Shown: positions 23,782 to 33,629, numbered from the stretch's first letter. The stretch is DNA of 45,965 nucleotides from Candidatus Ozemobacteraceae bacterium (GCA_017998915.1 JAGOCE010000001.1:1-45965), one strand, 5' to 3'. Notes: a model not told the origin generated them from the sequence alone. Made by a program: numbers and translations.

Positions 23782-24293
23782 TGCGTGACCTCGACCTCGA
23801 GAAGGGTTTCGAGCGAGCGGCGGATGCCGTTGTAGCTCCCCCAGCTCTCGATGCGCAGGAAGTCTTTCGTATACCCTTTCCCCGCACGGGTAACCAGGGT
23901 GAACGTCGCGACGCCGAGCTGGTAGGTGCCGCTTTCGACGGCGTTGAGCGATGCCGAGAGACGCGCGGCGGGTGAGTTGGGGCTGGCCGGGTCGAAATCG
24001 TCCATCCAGGCGGAGGTGTGGCTCGCGATATCTTCGGAGGAGCCCGTGCGGCGAATATGCTCGAGAATATAGAATTCCGACGGCAGCATGCGGAACTTGT
24101 ACTGCGCGAGCTGCATCGCCCCTTTCGCGGCCATCAGCGCTTTCGTCTGTTCGGCGAGCCTCGAGTGGGTGACCGTCTGGGATCGGGTGTTGAAATACAG
24201 GGTTGCTGCGAGGACGAAGATGATGACGGCCGTCAGGAGAACGCTGAAAAGGGCGAATCCGTGACGCGGCGATGTGCGCTGTTTCATGGTCAC
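23778..24293 (-). CDS. PilX/GspK-like minor pseudopilin (non-canonical N-terminus)
   Basis: GTG start sharing GTGA with the upstream stop (24293-24290). N-terminus RHGFALFSVLLTAVIIFVLAATLYF is a hydrophobic pilin-like helix without Glu+5. Confidence 0.6.
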   Translation of the reverse strand: MTMKQRTSPRHGFALFSVLLTAVIIFVLAATLYFNTRSQTVTHSRLAEQTKALMAAKGAMQLAQYKFRMLPSEFYILEHIRRTGSSEDIASHTSAWMDDFDPASPNSPAARLSASLNAVESGTYQLGVATFTLVTRAGKGYTKDFLRIESWGSYNGIRRSLETLLEVEVTH

Positions 24294-24868
24294 TGCCTCA
24301 AGTCCGCCCGGAAGGTCGCGAGCGTGACGGGAACCCCCCGCTGGCCGTACTCGACATCCACCCGGATCATCATGAACAGGTCGGGGCAGGCATACGTGGC
24401 GATGCCGGTGCCCGGCGGCGGCGCGGCGAAGTCGAAAACGAGCGCCGTTGGAGCGGGGGGAGGGCCGGAATACTCGGGCTTGAGGGTGATGCGGATCTTG
24501 TAGTCCGTGCGGCCGATCCGGATGGAGCCGGAGCCGAGGAGACCGTCGATCTGCAGGCTCACGGGGAGCGTTTCCGAGCCGGTCTGGAGATCGAACGGCA
24601 CGTGTTTGGTTCCGGGCGATCCGCTGACGGTCTCGAAGGGAACGGCGAGGAGCGTGTTGACGGTCGACTCTCCGATCTTGATGGCGATTTCCTGGTCCGC
24701 CTGCCTGCCCGCGATGCCGAACGCCTGTGGCAGGGCCCGCATGATCGGCAGGATGATGAAGGCGGTCAGAAAGAACGCCATCAGCAGCTCGATGAGCGAC
24801 AGGCCGCGGCGGCCGGATTCAGTTGCGGATGTGCTTCTGTTCAAGGACGCGAATCCTGGTTTTTTCAT
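24290..24868 (-). CDS. pseudopilin with prepilin-type N-terminal cleavage/methylation motif
   Basis: N-terminus ...GRRG|LSLIELLMAFFLTAFIILPI has Glu at +5. The annotated start overlaps the end of the 740-aa gene by 50 nt; an in-frame TTG at 24844 would shorten the overlap. Confidence 0.78.
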   Translation of the reverse strand: MKKPGFASLNRSTSATESGRRGLSLIELLMAFFLTAFIILPIMRALPQAFGIAGRQADQEIAIKIGESTVNTLLAVPFETVSGSPGTKHVPFDLQTGSETLPVSLQIDGLLGSGSIRIGRTDYKIRITLKPEYSGPPPAPTALVFDFAAPPPGTGIATYACPDLFMMIRVDVEYGQRGVPVTLATFRADLRQ

Positions 24869-27041
24869 CGGTCACGGAGAAGTAGATCTTGAGGGCCCTG
24901 GTATGGCCTGCGAAATCGCGTACCTTTGCCTCGACCCAGGGGAACTTGCCGCTCTGGAGAGTCGCGAGGTTCACAGGCCCTTCGAGCGACGGGGTTGGTT
25001 CGCGGAAGATGACGGGCAGCGGCTGCGTGGAGAACGCGTTGTTCGGGAGTTCGACCGATGCGGCCTGGGGTGGATAGACGTTTTCGATCGCGTATGAGAG
25101 CTTCGCGTGCGCGACGCCGGTATAGGGCGCTGGAATCTGCGTGACGGGGAGGTTGAGCAGGTTGTTCTTGTCGTTGAGCCATTTGACATTGTCTTCAGCC
25201 CAGAGGGTGAGATCATACTGGACATCCTCGACGACCGGAATCATGCAGAGTACGACCGCGGAGCAACCAAAACCATTGCGCTTCGCGAAGGTCGCCTCGT
25301 CACCGTCGATCGGGTCAGCGTTCAGATCGTTGTCCGACTGGGTGTAATCCTCGGCCCGGAAATTCCGATACCAGAACGTGTCCGGGAACGGGCCGGAAAA
25401 GTTCGAGGGCTGAGGAGCGACCCGGAACTTCCATTTCCATCCCTGTTCGGATGCCGGGCAGTTGGCGAGATCTATGTCCAGAATTTTGATATCCGGATCA
25501 GTATAGTTCGGAGCGGCTTCGAGTTCCTCGAACGTCCTGACGGAGTTTTGGATGAAAGCACTGTAGTCGGGATCGAATGTCAGCATGTTCTGGACCGGTG
25601 GCGGAAAGATCAGCACGCTGTTGGGTTTTCCCTCGTCGCGTTTTGAAACAAGCCTGATCAGCAGATTTGGCAGGTCATTGTCCTCGATCCAGATCTTCCC
25701 GTCTCCGTCGGAAAATCGCTTGGAGAGGTCGATCGGCGACGCCTCGTTATAGACATGCGGAAAGGGGGCTGCATCTCCGGGAGTTGTGCCGAGGTCGTCC
25801 TCGTACAGGCCATAGGTTATGGTAGGCTGATCCTCGACGATATTCGGACACCCGGGATTCATGACATTGCTGCTGTCCCAGGCGTAGACGGAGTATTTCA
25901 TTTCGCCGAGACAGTCATTCGGAAGAAAAACGTGCTTTCCAAGCGGATTTCCGCTGGTCGATTGCATTGGCTCGCCGATCCAACTCCATTCTTCGGTTGG
26001 CGTCCAGACCGAGGTCGCGTCAGCAGGTCCGTTTATCCGCCCGATGGCGAATCGAGACGTCAGCAGGCCGCCGGAGTTGTCCACGGCGATGAGATCACTG
26101 GGCTTGAAAAAATCGCCGGTCGTCGCAGGCCGGGCCGTGGAGTTCGTTCCGGGCACGCGTCCGAGATCGGGGAAGCGGCCGATCGCGTTTCCCGAAGGGC
26201 CGGTGATGCGGGGCGGCGTGCGGTCTCGCCAGTTGATCTTGAAGGTTGCCGTTCCTTCCGGTTCTTTTTTCTTGCCTGCTTTGTGCGTTTCGAGGGACGA
26301 TTTTATCGGATTGCTTTCGTAGCGGACATTCTCCGTCGCCCTCTGGTGATCACGCTGATTTGTCGTATGCTCGGGATCTTCTGGCGTCGGGTCAGGGACT
26401 TGGTGCTCTTCGCAGATCGCATCCGGGCACGAGCACCTGTTGCAGTCGCAGCTGAAGTGAGGGTTGGGCCAGGAAGTGACGGGATCGACGTACCGCCAGC
26501 CTTCCACGAGTCCGGCGAGATACTCGATCGAACCTGGTTCTTGGCGCGCAGGCTCGTCGAGTGAGGAGTCACCGTCCCAGGTGACGCGTTTGTCGTAGTG
26601 CCATTTTGCATCCGAGTGATCGTGAGCCTGTTTGTCGCATCCCCCTGGGCACGGACCGCGGGCGAGAAATGCATATTTTCGGTAAAACTTTTCGACGTCT
26701 TCCGCGTCGCTTGGGCCTCCCAGAATGACCTTTTGGGTGCTCAACATCGCTTTGAGGGTTACGAGTGTCGCATGATTGAAATGATTCGAGAGGAGGTTCA
26801 TCAGATATGACCAGACCACGAACAATGCGGTCGAGTCCGGGGTGACGATGTGGATGTTCTCGATCGGGCCGACGTCCTCATACGTATCGACGACCGGGCC
26901 CCCTGCATCGGAAGTGATCTTGACGAAGCCGGGAGCGACGAGCTGATGTTCGATCTGGCCCCATGCGGAATGGGCTGACAGGGCGAAGAAGACGAGCATC
27001 GCTGAAAGTAGATGGATGCTGAACCGGTTTGACCGTGTCAT
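24819..27041 (-). CDS. large secreted Cys-rich hypothetical protein (possible pilus-associated tip protein or adhesin)
   Basis: 740-aa ORF. The ATG shares ATGA with the TPR gene stop (27041-27038). Signal peptide LLSAMLVFFALSAHSAWG. Cys clusters GPCPGGCDKQ and SCDCNRCSCPDAICEEH. No domain recognised. Confidence 0.78.
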   Translation of the reverse strand: MTRSNRFSIHLLSAMLVFFALSAHSAWGQIEHQLVAPGFVKITSDAGGPVVDTYEDVGPIENIHIVTPDSTALFVVWSYLMNLLSNHFNHATLVTLKAMLSTQKVILGGPSDAEDVEKFYRKYAFLARGPCPGGCDKQAHDHSDAKWHYDKRVTWDGDSSLDEPARQEPGSIEYLAGLVEGWRYVDPVTSWPNPHFSCDCNRCSCPDAICEEHQVPDPTPEDPEHTTNQRDHQRATENVRYESNPIKSSLETHKAGKKKEPEGTATFKINWRDRTPPRITGPSGNAIGRFPDLGRVPGTNSTARPATTGDFFKPSDLIAVDNSGGLLTSRFAIGRINGPADATSVWTPTEEWSWIGEPMQSTSGNPLGKHVFLPNDCLGEMKYSVYAWDSSNVMNPGCPNIVEDQPTITYGLYEDDLGTTPGDAAPFPHVYNEASPIDLSKRFSDGDGKIWIEDNDLPNLLIRLVSKRDEGKPNSVLIFPPPVQNMLTFDPDYSAFIQNSVRTFEELEAAPNYTDPDIKILDIDLANCPASEQGWKWKFRVAPQPSNFSGPFPDTFWYRNFRAEDYTQSDNDLNADPIDGDEATFAKRNGFGCSAVVLCMIPVVEDVQYDLTLWAEDNVKWLNDKNNLLNLPVTQIPAPYTGVAHAKLSYAIENVYPPQAASVELPNNAFSTQPLPVIFREPTPSLEGPVNLATLQSGKFPWVEAKVRDFAGHTRALKIYFSVTDEKTRIRVLEQKHIRN

Positions 27042-28600
27042 ATCGAACCTCCGTGCGGCTGTGTCGTGTTGTTCGACTGGCTGAAGAGTTCCAGGGCGGC
27101 TTGCCTGGACAGATTCTCGATGCTGGTATCACAGGCTTCGGCAGCCGGGCAGGCCTGCTCGGCGACTTCCCGCTCGAGCCGGGAAAGGAACCTCGGAAGG
27201 AAGGATACCTCGATCCCGCGAAATGCCGCCAGCAGGCTCTGTTCGAGATCGTGGGCGGCGACGGACTGGCCGAGGCGGGCACGAAGAATTCCCAGGAAAA
27301 AGTATGCGCGTGGAGCCAGTGCAGACGATTCCAGGGCTTTCTGAAGGGGTTCCTGCGCGGCTGCGGTGTCTCCCTGGCGGAGCAGCAGCAGACCGGCGAC
27401 ATAGGCGAGCCAGGGGTGGCCGGCGTGCTTCGCAAGCGTTGTCCAGGCCTCGACGTGCGTATCTGGAATCCCGAAGAGGGCTGCACGGAGGAAGAGGTGG
27501 GTGAGCGAGAAGAGCCGGCCGGGTGGATGACGCTCTGACAGCCGGTCGAACTGGAGCCATGCCCAGAAAAGCGCTGCGGGAAGGAGAAGGAGGCTGAGTA
27601 TCAGAAGACTGCCCGAAACGGGGTAGGCTTTCCAGGCAAGGATGAGACGTCGATGCAGGGGCTTCACGCGAACGCCTGCGCTCGAGGCTCCTGCGACGGC
27701 TGCCGCTTTCAGAGGCATTTCCGCCGAGTCGTAGGCGTCGGCCAAGGCCGGAAGAAGATCGGGCGGGAGGGGAGATGTTGCCACGAGCTGTTCAAGATCG
27801 CGGAGGGCCTCGAGCGGACGGTTGGCCTTCAGAAGCGCCTTTCCGCGTTTCAAAAGAAGATCGGGGCGGCCGGGAAATTCTTTCAGCAGCTTGTCGAGGG
27901 CTGTCACGGCCGCGAAGTAATCGCCCTTTCCGAACTCGCTGTCGAGAGAGGCCAGGAGGGCGTTGATCTCGCGGAGCCTGCCGATCCTGGCTTTGAGCTC
28001 GAGGGCCCGGCCGTGGGTGGGCTCGCGTTTGAGAAGATCGGTCAGAAGCATGTCGGCGGTGTCGAGATCGCCCCTGCCGAAAGCCGCCTGGGCGCGCAGA
28101 AGAAGGGAGGCGAGCGAGTAGGTCACGACGTCGTATGCCCGGCCGGTCGATGGGGCGACGCTCACGCCGGTTTCCTGGTATTTCTCGACCGTGTCTTTCA
28201 CCTTTTGGAGGCCTTCGAGTCCCTGGCGGGCATCGGTGTTCGAGGGATCGATGGCGAGAACTTCGCGATACTGTTTCTCGGCGTCGGGAAGATTGCCGGC
28301 GCTCTGGTAAAACCGGGCCGAGCGGAGGGCCGCATCGACACGCTGTGCTTTCGCCTCGGCGATCAGCCGGGAAAGACGCACGACGTCGGGATCGTCCGGC
28401 GCTACGGATCTGGCCTGTTCAAGATGGGTTCCCGCCGCTTTCAGGTTCCCGCCGCGAAAATAGAATTCGGCTTTTTCGAGCCACTGCCTGATGGGCTGCG
28501 GAGCGGCGAACAAAGGAAGGGATGACGCCAAAAGAACAAGAATGGTATATCTTATGATATACGGCATGCAACGTCCTCTGCGGAGACGGGGCTTTCCCAT
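27038..28600 (-). CDS. secreted or membrane TPR-repeat protein
   Basis: The track ORF extends to 28738. Plausible starts are the ATG at 28600 (GAGGAA 7 nt upstream) or the ATG at 28567 (GAGGA 6 nt upstream). Signal-like MPYIIRYTILVLLASSLPLFAA, multiple TPR-like units (YFRGGNLKAAGTHLEQA, YQSAGNLPDAEKQYREVLAIDP...), then TM segments near the C-terminal third. Confidence 0.78.
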   Translation of the reverse strand: MGKPRLRRGRCMPYIIRYTILVLLASSLPLFAAPQPIRQWLEKAEFYFRGGNLKAAGTHLEQARSVAPDDPDVVRLSRLIAEAKAQRVDAALRSARFYQSAGNLPDAEKQYREVLAIDPSNTDARQGLEGLQKVKDTVEKYQETGVSVAPSTGRAYDVVTYSLASLLLRAQAAFGRGDLDTADMLLTDLLKREPTHGRALELKARIGRLREINALLASLDSEFGKGDYFAAVTALDKLLKEFPGRPDLLLKRGKALLKANRPLEALRDLEQLVATSPLPPDLLPALADAYDSAEMPLKAAAVAGASSAGVRVKPLHRRLILAWKAYPVSGSLLILSLLLLPAALFWAWLQFDRLSERHPPGRLFSLTHLFLRAALFGIPDTHVEAWTTLAKHAGHPWLAYVAGLLLLRQGDTAAAQEPLQKALESSALAPRAYFFLGILRARLGQSVAAHDLEQSLLAAFRGIEVSFLPRFLSRLEREVAEQACPAAEACDTSIENLSRQAALELFSQSNNTTQPHGGSI

Positions 28601-28688
28601 CGACTCGTTCCTCTGATTCGACTCTTTGTACCATGATACCCCACAACCGGATATTTTCCTACTCTCTGTCGGGGAAGGGGGAGTGCCT

Positions 28689-28717
28689 TTGACATTTCCC
28701 TGGCCCTTTGCTAGATT
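28689..28717 (+). promoter_or_regulatory. candidate sigma-70 promoter for fba
   Basis: TTGACA (28689-28694), 17-nt spacer, TAGATT (28712-28717), in the divergent region between the TPR gene and fba. Confidence 0.45.
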
Positions 28718-28829
28718 GCGACAATAACCGGCGTGCATGTATTCATGCCGTGCCGGGGCCTACTTTTTTCCGCTGACCGGATTCCAATTCGGGGCCACGT
28801 GCCCCACAATGACGAGGAGGCTTTACACG

Positions 28830-29774
28830 ATGCCGCTGGTCACAACAAAGGAACTGTTCGCACGCGCACTGAAGGGCGGGTATGCTATCGGCGCTTTCAA
28901 CGTGAACAACATGGAGATCGTCCAGGGGATCTTCGATGCGGCGATCGCCGAGAAGTCGCCGCTGATCATCCAGGTGTCAGCCGGGGCCCGCAAGTATGCG
29001 CGGCACGAATACCTGGTTCACCTGATCCAGGCTTCCATCGAGGTGGCAAAGACCTCCGGCATCGACATCCCGATCGCCCTGCACCTCGACCACGGCGATG
29101 ATTTCGAGATCTGCAAGAAGTGCATCGATGGCGGCTTCACCTCGGTCATGATCGACGGGTCGAAGCACAGCTTCGAGGACAACATCAAGCTCACGAAGCA
29201 AGTCGTGGATTACGCCCATGCCCGCGGCATCAGCGTCGAAGCCGAGCTTGGAAAGCTGGCCGGCGTGGAGGACGCGGTGTCGGTATCCGAAAAGGATGCG
29301 ATATACACGAATCCCCGCGAGGCAAAGGAGTTCGTTGAACGCTCCGGATGCGACTCGCTGGCTGTCGCGATCGGCACCAGCCACGGGGCCTACAAGTTCA
29401 AGGGCGATGCGAAGCTCGACTTCGAGCGTCTTGCCGAGATCGAACAGGCCGTTCCGAACTTCCCGCTGGTTCTCCATGGTGCCAGCTCCGTACCTGAAGA
29501 CCTCGTCGCCATCTGCAACAAGTACGGCGGCAAACTCCAGGATTCGAAGGGTGTTCCCGAGGATATGATCGCCCGGGCGGCCACGAAGAGCAACGTCTGC
29601 AAGATCAACGTCGATACCGATCTCCGCATCGCGATGACCGGCGCCATCCGCAAGGTGTTTGCCGAGAAGCCGGATGAGTTCGATCCGCGCAAGTATCTTG
29701 GCCCGGCCCGCGACTCGATCCGCGAGGTCGTCCGCCGCAAGATGCGCCTTATGGGCTGCGCCGGCAAGGCCTGA
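28830..29774 (+). CDS. fba: class II fructose-1,6-bisphosphate aldolase
   Basis: The track ORF starts at 28737. I prefer the ATG at 28830, with GAGGAGG at 28814-28820. MPLVTTKELFARALKGGYAIGAFNVNNMEIVQGI..., LHLDHG, GTSHGAYKF and LVLHGASSVP are typical class II FBA motifs. Confidence 0.93.
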   Translation: MPLVTTKELFARALKGGYAIGAFNVNNMEIVQGIFDAAIAEKSPLIIQVSAGARKYARHEYLVHLIQASIEVAKTSGIDIPIALHLDHGDDFEICKKCIDGGFTSVMIDGSKHSFEDNIKLTKQVVDYAHARGISVEAELGKLAGVEDAVSVSEKDAIYTNPREAKEFVERSGCDSLAVAIGTSHGAYKFKGDAKLDFERLAEIEQAVPNFPLVLHGASSVPEDLVAICNKYGGKLQDSKGVPEDMIARAATKSNVCKINVDTDLRIAMTGAIRKVFAEKPDEFDPRKYLGPARDSIREVVRRKMRLMGCAGKA

Positions 29775-29775
29775 G

Positions 29776-30369
29776 GTGCCCGACAGACGAGCCACGATTG
29801 CCGGGGCGGCGGGAACGCCGCTCCGGCCCGTGTTTTTCCGGACAGGGCAGACACCGATCGTGCTCGCCTGCGTTTTTTTTATCGCGCTGCTGGCGGTCTC
29901 CATGACCGGTTGCGGCGGCGGGGGTGGAGGAGATGGCGGAGACGCCGATCCGCTGGCGCCGGAGATCGGCGCCCAGGTCGACGGTTTCGTGGCTGCCGTG
30001 AATTCGGAAAATATCATCGGTAGTACCGGTGCGAGCGCAATGTATTATATTGACTCAAATATTCAATATTTCCGCGCGGGTGAGAATACGAGTTTTCCCA
30101 GTTATTCCGCTTTTCGAGATCATCTCCAGGATTTTGTCGCTTCGGCCAGCAATATTCAGCTGAGTATCGATGACAGGGAGTTCACCTCCGACGGCGAAAC
30201 ATGGGCGCTGTGTGCCGGTACCTTGAATTGCTCCTGGACGGATTCAACAGGAAATGGCAGAACCCTCTCGGAACCTGTTCAGATTGAATGGGTGAGGTTC
30301 GAACGTTGGGGGATCAAAACCCTGTCTCGGCACAACATGACCGGCCTGCAGTTTCCACCCGCGCCCTGA
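29776..30369 (+). CDS. hypothetical lipoprotein
   Basis: In-frame GTG at 29776, directly after the fba stop; the track ORF 29659 start overlaps fba. Signal peptide IVLACVFFIALLAVSMTGC has a lipobox, followed by a Gly-rich linker. The mature part is unusually AT-rich (30000-30200). Confidence 0.6.
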   Translation: MPDRRATIAGAAGTPLRPVFFRTGQTPIVLACVFFIALLAVSMTGCGGGGGGDGGDADPLAPEIGAQVDGFVAAVNSENIIGSTGASAMYYIDSNIQYFRAGENTSFPSYSAFRDHLQDFVASASNIQLSIDDREFTSDGETWALCAGTLNCSWTDSTGNGRTLSEPVQIEWVRFERWGIKTLSRHNMTGLQFPPAP

Positions 30370-30405
30370 CGGGAAAATATTTCTGATTGAGGAGGCCGAG
30401 AGACG

Positions 30406-31878
30406 ATGAGCACTGAGACAACATTTCGAACGTCCGACGGGCATCCGGCGATCGTATTTCGGCCAGATGGCGGCGCCATGACCTGGCAGGACTGGATGTG
30501 CCAACCGGTCGCCCTTCTCGCCGAAACCCCAGGCTGCCCCGATCGCGCGGTCCTGCTTTCATTCCAGTCGGGGAGCGCCCTTGCCTCCGTAACCCTTCCG
30601 CAGGAATTCCTCGCCGCGCTGACGTCTGGAAATACGCATCTTCTCTCGTCCGGTGACGTACCCGAATCTCAGGATGCCGATGCGGCGATCGTGAAACTCG
30701 AGCCGTTCGACGCCTCGGGCTTTCTCCGCGAAGGCATCAACAAGCAGATGCGGGGCGAGCTCGATGCGGCCGTCGAGGCATACGCCCGCGCCGAAGCCGA
30801 GGTCCCGGGACTGCCTCGCGCCGCGAACCTGCGCGGCCTGTGTCTGCGGCTCCTGGGCCGTAACGAGGACGCGGAAGCCGCATATCGCCGTGAAATCGAG
30901 ATTACCCCGGCCATGCCCGATGCGTTCGCGAACCTCGGCATCCTCTTCGCTCGTGCCGGTCGCAACGCCGAGGCCCGCGCCATGTTCGAGAAGGCGCTCG
31001 ACCGCGACCAGTTCTATCTCAACGCCCTGCTGCACTTCGCCAGGCTGCTCGCTGCCGAAGGGCAAAAAACGTCGCGCTTGTTCGCCTCCCTGAACATGCG
31101 CCTGCTAGGTGCCTGGGCCGACGTGCCGCAGGCGCAAGAACATCTCCTTGCGATGGCGACGGCCTGCGGCGCATCGCCGGCCGAATTCGCCGCCCTGCTG
31201 CGGGCGGAAGCCGGCTGGCTGGCCGATCCCTTCGTGCTTCAGACGATGAAACGATGCGAGATCCTGCGCCTGAACGGTGCGTTCATCGCCACCCTGCGGG
31301 GCTACGGCATCCTGCTCGACCGCACGGCCGGAACGCCGGCGGCCGCCTTCTTCCGAAACTGGGTGACGAGACGAAACGCGCTGGTCGAAACAATGCTTAA
31401 AGATATATATTTGAAAGAGTGGAACGGTCTGAAGTCGGAGCTGCACGCCCGCCATCCGGAACTCTCGCCGACTCCGGCCGCAGCGCCTGCCGATGCGGGC
31501 CGGGACACGCAGCCCGAACGGGCCGGGGCCATGGGGCCCGAAGAGTTTTACACGATCATCGTGACCGAGATCCTGCGCGACGGCCAGGTGTCAAAGCATG
31601 AAGCGGAGCTGCTTGGAAGGTTTCGCACGGTTCTGCGCATATCCGACCAGGCCCATTCCCGTATCCTCGACGGGGCGGTTGCCGCGACCGCGCGCAGTCC
31701 CATGGCCGACGGGGGCGGCGAGTTCCGGAGCGAGGCCTTCCTCCGGAGACTGGCGGCGGCCGTGATCCGCGACGGGAAAATCGACGAACTGGAGCGGAAG
31801 ATGATCATTCTTGCCGCTCAGGCGCTCAATGTATCATCCGATGCGGTCAAGGCCGCATTCCGAGAGGTGGCAGCATGA
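30406..31878 (+). CDS. TPR-repeat protein with two C-terminal TerB/DjlA-N-like modules
   Basis: GAGGAGG lies upstream of the ATG. Central TPR units (AVEAYARAEAEVPGLPRAANLRGLCLRLLGRNEDAEAAYRREIEITP..., FANLGILFARAGRNAEARAMFEKAL). The C-terminal repeats ILRDGQVSKHEAELLGRF and VIRDGKIDELERKMIILAAQAL resemble TerB-like helical modules. Confidence 0.75.
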   Translation: MSTETTFRTSDGHPAIVFRPDGGAMTWQDWMCQPVALLAETPGCPDRAVLLSFQSGSALASVTLPQEFLAALTSGNTHLLSSGDVPESQDADAAIVKLEPFDASGFLREGINKQMRGELDAAVEAYARAEAEVPGLPRAANLRGLCLRLLGRNEDAEAAYRREIEITPAMPDAFANLGILFARAGRNAEARAMFEKALDRDQFYLNALLHFARLLAAEGQKTSRLFASLNMRLLGAWADVPQAQEHLLAMATACGASPAEFAALLRAEAGWLADPFVLQTMKRCEILRLNGAFIATLRGYGILLDRTAGTPAAAFFRNWVTRRNALVETMLKDIYLKEWNGLKSELHARHPELSPTPAAAPADAGRDTQPERAGAMGPEEFYTIIVTEILRDGQVSKHEAELLGRFRTVLRISDQAHSRILDGAVAATARSPMADGGGEFRSEAFLRRLAAAVIRDGKIDELERKMIILAAQALNVSSDAVKAAFREVAA

Positions 31879-32513
31879 AACAGGACCATTCTTCGAAAGA
31901 CAAGCCCGCTCCGCAGGCCTCCGCCTGGGAAATCGAAATCGTCAAGTCGGTCGCGAAATACCTGACCGAGGAGGGGTATCGCTTCCAGTATGTGTCGGAC
32001 GCCTGCCTCGAGATGTATCTCCAGGGCAAGAACCTCACGATGCGGATGCTCGTCTACGCGCACAACCGACATCTGGTGGTGCGCGTGCCGGGCTTCATCC
32101 GCAACGTCGAACTGCGCCGCCTCGACCTGCTGATGACCCTCATGCAGTTGATGGACGAGTATTTCGATATCAGGTTCGAACTGGCGAAGGACGGCCAGGG
32201 TCTTTCGGCCGCCTGCACCCACATCATCGAAGACGGCACGATGACGAAAGCTCAGTGCATGCAGACGATGATGGTCGTCGCCTATATCGTGGACGATGCG
32301 TACCCGAAACTGATGCAGATCCTCTACGGCACCCGGCAGTCATCGGAAACGGTGGACGCGATCCCGGTGGTTGCCGACGATCCAGAACCCGGTGACTCCG
32401 GTGGCGAAGGCGATGACGACGAGCCGGAAGATCCCTCCGGCGAGGATTCTTCCGGTCGCTCGGCATCGGGCCGCAAGCGCGGCAAATCGCCACGCCACGA
32501 CAAGGTGAACTGA
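31875..32513 (+). CDS. YbjN-like (type III chaperone-fold-like) protein with acidic tail then basic tip
   Basis: The ATG shares ATGA with the upstream stop (31875-31878). The core, about 150 aa (YRFQYVSDACLEMYLQGKNLTMRMLVYAHNRHLVVRV...), resembles the YbjN family; the family call is tentative. The tail reads PEPGDSGGEGDDDEPEDPSGEDSSGRSASGRKRGKSPRHDKVN. Confidence 0.7.
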   Translation: MKQDHSSKDKPAPQASAWEIEIVKSVAKYLTEEGYRFQYVSDACLEMYLQGKNLTMRMLVYAHNRHLVVRVPGFIRNVELRRLDLLMTLMQLMDEYFDIRFELAKDGQGLSAACTHIIEDGTMTKAQCMQTMMVVAYIVDDAYPKLMQILYGTRQSSETVDAIPVVADDPEPGDSGGEGDDDEPEDPSGEDSSGRSASGRKRGKSPRHDKVN

Positions 32514-32528
32514 TCTAAGGAGCTTCAC

Positions 32529-33629
32529 ATGCGACTGTCCCTGCGTATTCTTCTCTGCCTCTCCCTGATCGGAGCGTGCGCGATACCCCCGGTTGCGGCC
32601 GATATGCCGAAGCTGCCGTCCTGGTATGGGTTCGATGCCTCGCTGGCCGATATTCCAAGAATTGGCGTTCCGGTCGACGTCCTTGCCACCGTCACGTCCC
32701 GCCTCGGCGTTCTCGAAGACATCGCTGTTTCGCTCCTCCTCCCCCAGGGATGGACCTGCACGCCGCGGGAGGAACCGAAGGGCCGTCTCGGATCGGGGTC
32801 CAGCCTTCTTTTTAGGTTCACCGTCACCCCTGCCGGGCCGCTCCCGAATGGTTCTATCGGGTGCAGGCTCCGAGTTCGCGCCCCGAAGGCCGAATTGATT
32901 CGCGAAGCCGGCCGCCGCTTCCCCGAAGAGGCAAATAAAATAGCTCAAACAATAAATACTTGGCCCGACATGCACGAGGCGTTCGCGGACATGGCGTTCG
33001 CTTTGTATGAGGAAGAGGGCTTCTATCCGCTCGGCCCGGACATGTGGATCACCTACGACGACAGGCTCAGGCCGGAAGGGGCCGTGCGCGGGCCCTGCCT
33101 GTACCGGGACGTCATGATCACGCCGTTTCAGGCCCAGACCGATGTCGAGATGTTCGACAAGCTCCAGGCGCTTCTCAAGAGCGATCCGAAACTGGGGCCA
33201 TCGCTTGCTGAAAAGGGGATCGACCTGAAGAAGAAAAGGTTCGACCAGCTGCTCGGCCTGTATGTGCTCGCCGTCGAGGCATATTTGAAAAGCGATTTTC
33301 CGGCGGCCGAGGCCCTGTTGAACCGTTTTGTGACCGAAAGCGGGGAAGCGCCCGCCGTGTCCGTCGAGTTGGCCGTCGCCGCGGAAAACCTGCGGGGACT
33401 CGCCGCATGGGCCTCGGGCGACCGCCGAACGGCGGAACAGGCTCTCCAGAAGGCGTTCTATAAGAACCGAAAGTTGCCCGTCCAGAGATATATATTGAGA
33501 AATATAGGACTGCTGATGATCGCGAAGGGCGATCGGTCGAGCGCCCGCGAGATGTTCCGGCTGGCCACCGAGATGAAGCCGGCCTACATCCTTGCCGGCG
33601 AGGAATACGCCCGACTGAAGGAACGCTGA
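32529..33629 (+). CDS. secreted hypothetical protein with C-terminal TPR-like repeats
   Basis: Signal peptide MRLSLRILLCLSLIGACAIPPVAA. The C-terminal third contains TPR-like helices (AEQALQKAFYKNRKLP..., GDRSSAREMFRLATEMKP). Confidence 0.78.
   Translation: MRLSLRILLCLSLIGACAIPPVAADMPKLPSWYGFDASLADIPRIGVPVDVLATVTSRLGVLEDIAVSLLLPQGWTCTPREEPKGRLGSGSSLLFRFTVTPAGPLPNGSIGCRLRVRAPKAELIREAGRRFPEEANKIAQTINTWPDMHEAFADMAFALYEEEGFYPLGPDMWITYDDRLRPEGAVRGPCLYRDVMITPFQAQTDVEMFDKLQALLKSDPKLGPSLAEKGIDLKKKRFDQLLGLYVLAVEAYLKSDFPAAEALLNRFVTESGEAPAVSVELAVAAENLRGLAAWASGDRRTAEQALQKAFYKNRKLPVQRYILRNIGLLMIAKGDRSSAREMFRLATEMKPAYILAGEEYARLKER
32931..32960 (+). other. AT-rich synonymous-codon patch
   Basis: GCA AAT AAA ATA GCT CAA ACA ATA AAT ACT: 10 consecutive A/T-ending codons, in frame with 32529..33629. 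Confidence 0.8.
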
